A stretch of 37,397 bases of DNA from Catajapyx aquilonaris (Eukaryota): contig JYFJ02003861.1 in the NCBI GenBank assembly GCA_000934665.2, positions 1 to 37,397 on the forward strand, in the 5' to 3' direction. Below, piece by piece: positions 34,247-37,397 of the stretch; positions within the stretch are counted from its first letter, which is position 1, and every line of letters starts with the position of its first letter. The position numbers and the translations under genes are program-made. The notes under the pieces are model-generated. The model was not told the DNA's origin. It searched no databases and saw only the letters and a list, made by a program, of their open reading frames with translations.

Positions 34247-36234
34247 GTCAGTATAAAGCTTCAATTAAATCCTGAAAGAAAACGGCATGAGCGACATATG
34301 CATTACTGCTCATGCAATGTAAACATCACACACTGCAGGTAAACTACTAGTAAGCTCTGCTGCTTCACTTCTCCCCTTCATACACACACTCTCACTTGTC
34401 AGTGAAAAACATCATAAAGGTAACTTCATGGATTGACACTTGATGTAACACACTAGGTTACAATGCCACAATAAATGATGAATGTTGCTGTAAATCTGCA
34501 GACAGGCAAATTCTTATTAACACGATATTATTCAAGTCCCACCTACGTAGGGGAAACCTGCAATACAACTAAACCTGTATATGTTGAGGAGTTGCACTGT
34601 TCAGATAAATATTTCCACAATGAATCAGTTTTCGAAGTATGGAACAGGCATACCGGTACATGGAAAATAATTTGCGAGGACCGAGCAAAAATTCTTCATT
34701 GGACAAGTAAGTTTCATCTATACGCAGGGTCAGTTTTTTCTAAGTTTCACTGTACAAGTGGCAGTGTTGTGCCTAGGTTGCAGATGATGGGTGGAGGGGG
34801 ACAGGGTCATGTTTCATCATCATCACCACCACGTACTACCACAATGATGGTGACAATATTATTTTCTATGACGACGACGACGACGACGGTGGTAATAACA
34901 GAGGTGGCCTTATCTCACTGGCAAAACTGACAGCATGACTAAGGTGTGTAATTAATCGAAAACAGCTCTTCAATAGAACTGTACACAATTAAGCAGGAGT
35001 GTCAAATATTGTCACTATTGCATTACCATGTAATGACTGCTGAACTATGGTTAACTCTGGAACCATGACGTGCCTGAAAGTTACGTTAACTGTGACATGG
35101 GGGCTTTTAGGACCCCATCCATATTTTAATTTTCATTAGTTTTTACATAGCCTAATACTTTTCAATGGATTGACTATACGTAATAAACTAATAATTCTGT
35201 GAACAATGCCTAAAATGATCGCTAATTCAAAATAAACATGCACTTCCTGTTATCTAATTTTTAAAAATAGTGTCAACAGTTCATTGTAATTATGAGAGTT
35301 GCCATAGCAACGTGCTGTGAGGGATGCTGAATGATGCCAATAAATACAGTTGTTCTTGGTTCATTGGATATAGAACGAGAGTGTATAAGTTAAATTTAAC
35401 ATCATTCTGGAGCATTCATGGCCGAGGCATATCAGTTCGTATCTGGAATTGGGCAAGCCTTGGGGCCAGCCTTCTTAGAAGTAACAAGTAAGGAGGGAGG
35501 ATGGTGTCTCCTGGGCCACTGTTCAAGGCATCTTGCCCGCCAACAAGTGTTGCCGTAAAATGCATCCTAAGCTTTTTTAAAAATTACTCAAGGCCCGCCC
35601 CACGCTTATTGTGAGTTTTGAATCCGCAACATTTACTGTCCGTCTTGTGGTGCCGCAGGCCAACGAACATTATTGTGGCATTGCTACAACCACATCACGC
35701 AACACCCCCATCTACGCCGCCAATACATCTACTCAGATAGTAATGTTGCAAACACACCACCCCCAAATTGCGTTTAAAATTACCATGGAGATGCCTTCAC
35801 TCAACAATGGGAGTGGACTGTTCCAACAAAGGAACACTTGTTTATTTTCAATTATTCATTTTTATTACTTGCAATTTCAAAATTCAGTTACTCTTGAACC
35901 AAACCTTTCCGCACACTTGAATAGTGTCAGTCAACTCAGCTCATCGAGTAGATTCAGAAAATATGTAGAAACCTGCAAGACTTTTGCCGGGCTAAACTGC
36001 ACCCTTATCGTCTAGTGTTCATACTTGCCAGTAGCTTCCCTCTACCTTTTCCATACAGACAGCTACACAATGCTGCAGCCTAACAAGTACATGTGACATA
36101 CCTGTATTGTTGTTGTGACTTGGTTAGGAACTACACACCACCCAGGTACTATCTGCAGGTTATGTTGACCACAAACACAATTCATTGGTAGTAGTCATGA
36201 CTACCATGCAAAGTGAAACCCTGGGTGTGTGTGT

Positions 36235-36354
36235 GAAAACAAAAGAGTAACAATAACAATAAGTAATAAGTATGAATCAGCAAAACAAAAGAGTAACAAT
36301 ACAATAACAATATTACTTATTGTTATTTTATGGTTACTCTTTTGTTTTGCTGAT
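36235..36354. repeat. AT-rich palindromic mini-element, copy 2, plus an extra partial arm
   Basis: ATCAGCAAAACAAAAGAGTAACAAT...GTTACTCTTTTGTTTTGCTGAT (36276-36354), preceded by a partial arm AAAACAAAAGAGTAACAATAACAATA. Confidence 0.8.
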
Positions 36355-36574
36355 CCAACAAACTTCCATAGCAATGCTGTGGTTACATGCACAATTCCCT
36401 TCTTCTCACGAGTCAGTTCCATTTGACCCATTTGAGACTACTGTGCATTATTTTTGATGCCTCCATCCTGTCTGTCCTGAGCTTTACTTAATTGTAATTA
36501 ATCCCTGATGATGACATTTCTAAATCTAAAACCAATCCTCCCAGTAGGCAGGTTTTACATGTTGTTACATCAAT

Positions 36575-36896
36575 TTTTGTTTATTTGTTTGTTTTTTATA
36601 TATTTTTAATATTATTATTTATTGTTACTCAGTGCTCGAGCCATTCGGCTCATTTTGGAGGGAGGGGAAGGTTCCCAAGGGGGGGCATCCTCAGTTTATA
36701 GTCACTCACGACTCTCTCAGATACACCAGAGCTTTTCACTGGCCCCGGGCAGCTAAGGGAGTGCAATGCTGTCCTGGCGTGTCGGGTGAAAAGCGGAAAA
36801 AGACCCGGCCAAGCAGAGGTGACGGGGACGGGATTTGAACCCCGGCCTCCCGCTTGGCTAGCCAGTGGCGTAACCACTAGACTACCACGCCTCCCT
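36575..36896 (-). mobile_element. tRNA-derived SINE, family C
   Basis: Head GGGAGGCGTGGTAGTCTAGTGGTTAC...GGTTCAAATCCC and an A-rich tail. Perfect 13-bp TSD TTGTTACATCAAT at 36562-36574 and 36897-36909. Confidence 0.88.
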
Positions 36897-37397
36897 TTGT
36901 TACATCAATCACTCCATTCCTTTGAAAACCTGGTCAGATCAAACCACGATCTAGACAAATACCAACAAGAAAAATTCTGCACTAATGGAACTAATCTTTG
37001 CTTGGTAGCGTGCCATTATTCATCCACTTTTCACAAGAGGTATTCAAGAACACCTGCACATGAGAGGCAGGAGGGAATCTGAACGTGGGGGCAAACACGG
37101 GTCATTATATACTTGAAATACTATATCCAGTGTTTCAAAACTTACAATTAGTACCATGTGGCTGTATACATAATATTTTATATTATATACAGGGTGATCC
37201 AACTCTGTGGGACCAACAGTTATTGGAAAAATCAACAAGCTGCTTGTTTATAAGCAGGTCGTTGCTAAGAGATCAATAAGAGTTACTTTCTGGAGAATTG
37301 GGAATAGCACCTGCTGATATTAGGTCCAATGCCCATGTAACAATATTAATGAGGGAAAAAAGGGTCATCCGTGGGAAACAGGCTGTTCTGGTGTTCG

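Noticed and set aside
37188..37240. TA-CAGGGTG mariner-like terminus (also CACCTCG-TA at ~5856-5864)
   Set aside because: Single short ends with no matching partner TIR in the window.

Overview
Eukaryotic genomic DNA, probably arthropod, judged from the insect/crustacean-type kindlin, many 54-100 nt introns and CpG-poor gene bodies. Four spliced protein-coding genes can be rebuilt by hand with consistent GT-AG intron phases: (1) exosome subunit Rrp46/EXOSC5 (minus, 9765-11715), head-to-head with (2) a radial spoke head RSPH4/6 homolog (plus, 12277-14244); (3) kindlin/fermitin (minus, 16007-29605); and (4) an unnamed 452-aa protein with a signal peptide, 4 Ig domains and a hydrophobic tail, built as a tandem duplication of a basigin-like 2-Ig unit (minus, 30401-34246). 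The rest is repeat-rich: five tRNA-derived SINE copies (one with a V-domain), two hAT-type MITEs, a 578-bp foldback element with a captured insert, several hairpins and simple repeats. Kindlin's first coding intron holds a ~5.2-kb CpG-rich block made of a heavily decayed LINE ORF2 and a decayed Gypsy pol arranged tail-to-tail. I cannot demonstrate a new biological system. The best leads are the duplicated basigin-like gene (with a suspicious TGA) and the CpG-rich retroelement-relic block. All homology calls come from remembered family motifs, not database searches.
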